Assembly: GCA_046497485.1 (NCBI GenBank)
Contig: JAWOFP010000005.1
Span: 1-16,801 of the forward strand
DNA: 16,801 nucleotides
Source of the DNA: Candidatus Nanohaloarchaea archaeon
GTDB lineage: Archaea; Nanohalarchaeota; Nanosalinia; Nanosalinales; Nanosalinaceae
Direction of reading: 5' to 3'
Within the stretch, counting starts at the first letter, position 1, and the number at the start of each line of letters is the position of its first letter. This document shows, piece after piece, positions 15,642 to 16,801 of the stretch. The position numbers and the translations under genes were made by a program. The notes beneath the pieces are model-generated. The model was not told the origin of the DNA. It ran no database searches and saw only the letters and a list, made by a program, of their open reading frames with translations.

Positions 15642-16801
15642 ATGAGCGAGAACCAGAATATTGAGAAAAACCAAGAGAGATTTGAACACAAAATCGATAC
15701 TAAAGAAGGCTTCAATACCGGGAAAGGACTGACAGAAGAGACAGTCAGGAAGATTTCCGAGGACAAGGATGAGCCTGAATGGATGCTGAAAAGAAGATTA
15801 GCGGCTTTCAGACATTTCAAGAAAAGGCCTATGCCAGGATGGGGTCCAGATCTTTCAGAACTAGACTTTGAGGAAATCAACCACTACATCAGGCCTGATA
15901 CTGAACAAGCTGATGACTGGGATGATGTTCCTGAAGATATCGAAGAGACTTTCGATAAGTTAGGAATTCCTGAAGCAGAGAAAGAGGCCTTATCTGGTGT
16001 CGGCGCACAGCTAGAATCAACTGTCGTCTACCAGAACATGAAAGATGAATGGGAAGAGAAAGGAGTAATCTTCTGCGATATGGATAAAGCAGTACAAGAA
16101 CACGGAGATCTAGTGAAAGAATACTTCATGAAGAAATGTGTGCCTCCTCAGGATAACAAGTTTGCAGCTCTACACGGAGCAGTATGGAGTGGAGGTTCAT
16201 TTGTTTATGTACCCGAAGGAGTGGAAGTCGAAATACCGGTTCAGGCCTACTTCAGAATGAATCAGAAAGGCATGGGGCAGTTCGAACACACATTAATCGT
16301 TGCGGAAGAGAATTCCAAGATACACTACATCGAAGGATGTTCTGCACCACAGTATACTCAATCAAATCTTCACGCAGGATGTGTCGAAGTTTTCGTTAAA
16401 GAAAACGCACATGTCCAGTACTCCACAGTACAGAATTGGAGTAAAAATACTTACAACCTGAATACGAAGAGAGCCAAGGTCAAATCTGATGGAGTTATGG
16501 AATGGGTATCAGGATCGATGGGATCAAAAGTTACAATGCTTTACCCATCCTCGCATTTAAACGGTGAAGGCGCAAGAGCCAACCACATAACAATCGGATA
16601 TGCAGGAGACGGACAGAACATCGATACTGGTGCGAAAGTAATTCACAATGCTCCTAATACTAAATCAACGATTGAGTCCAAATCAATTTCTCAAGGAGAG
16701 GGAAGAACCAATTATAGAGGCCTTGTAAGAGTTCCAAAAGGCAGTCACGGAAGCAAAGTCTCGATTGAATGCGACGCACTGATGTTCTCAGATGAAGCCA
16801 C
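15642..16801 (+). CDS. sufB: Fe-S cluster assembly protein SufB (truncated by the window end, absent from the ORF track)
   Basis: Manual translation gives GLTEETVRKISEDKDEPEWML, WDDVPEDIEETFDKLGIPEAE, KFAALHGAVWSGGSFVYVP, GQFEHTLI, YIEGCSAP, LHAGCVE, STVQNWS and DTGAK. Confidence 0.96.
   Translation, partial: MSENQNIEKNQERFEHKIDTKEGFNTGKGLTEETVRKISEDKDEPEWMLKRRLAAFRHFKKRPMPGWGPDLSELDFEEINHYIRPDTEQADDWDDVPEDIEETFDKLGIPEAEKEALSGVGAQLESTVVYQNMKDEWEEKGVIFCDMDKAVQEHGDLVKEYFMKKCVPPQDNKFAALHGAVWSGGSFVYVPEGVEVEIPVQAYFRMNQKGMGQFEHTLIVAEENSKIHYIEGCSAPQYTQSNLHAGCVEVFVKENAHVQYSTVQNWSKNTYNLNTKRAKVKSDGVMEWVSGSMGSKVTMLYPSSHLNGEGARANHITIGYAGDGQNIDTGAKVIHNAPNTKSTIESKSISQGEGRTNYRGLVRVPKGSHGSKVSIECDALMFSDEA

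Larger units (their letters stand above)
1130..16723. repeat. Dispersed, highly iterated palindrome AGGCCT (47 copies counted by hand)
   Basis: Start positions: 1130, 1978, 2189, 3466, 4408, 5078, 5393, 5714, 5934, 5992, 6175, 6330, 6358, 6383, 6521, 6668, 6730, 7632, 7890, 8033, 8214, 8481, 8596, 8732, 9310, 9541, 9896, 9997, 10162, 10833, 10893, 11111, 11360, 11652, 11989, 12190, 12669, 12942, 13567, 13710, 14623, 14805, 15825, 15891, 15985, 16243, 16718. Confidence 0.9.

Noticed and set aside
1129..15897. Extension of AGGCCT to a longer consensus palindrome
   Set aside because: About 17 of 47 copies extend to 8-bp palindromes, but with all four flank types and only modestly above chance, so the core is the 6-mer.
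224..16399. Short alternative ORFs in the track (for example 224-436, 685-924, 2915-3163, 5147-5377, 6151-6516, 6735-7028, 10355-10603, 12904-13104, 14889-15149, 15614-15880, 16184-16399)
   Set aside because: They are antisense or off-frame shadows of well-supported genes, and most are Ser/Leu/Phe-rich as expected opposite acidic coding sequence.
15642..16801. Intein in SufB
   Set aside because: Conserved SufB motifs follow one another without an insertion in the part visible in the window.

Overview
Archaeal chromosomal segment of roughly 40% GC (estimated by eye) encoding very acidic proteins. TATA boxes sit 22-26 nt before start codons. This combination best fits a Nanohaloarchaeota (DPANN) genome (inference). 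Core genes are a cytidine deaminase-family enzyme, AlaX-M editing protein, ribosomal protein S17e, MetRS, an MBL-fold hydrolase, ValRS, aRF1 and a partial SufB. They alternate with accessory genes: a vWA/CARDB-like surface protein, orphan ORFs, a divergent isochorismatase-like ORF, a degenerate metallophosphoesterase, a MazG-like ORF and two pseudogenes. Two signals are not explained by the gene list. (1) The palindrome AGGCCT occurs 47 times by hand count against about 2-3 expected, in all three reading frames and between genes, like cyanobacterial HIP1. (2) Downstream of aRF1 the accessory genes are separated by decayed, largely synonymously diverged copies of the aRF1 3' end, one of which also contains an aRF1 N-terminal fragment. 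This suggests a serial gene-capture site at the aRF1 tail. No rRNA, tRNA, CRISPR array, integrase or transposase was recognised.
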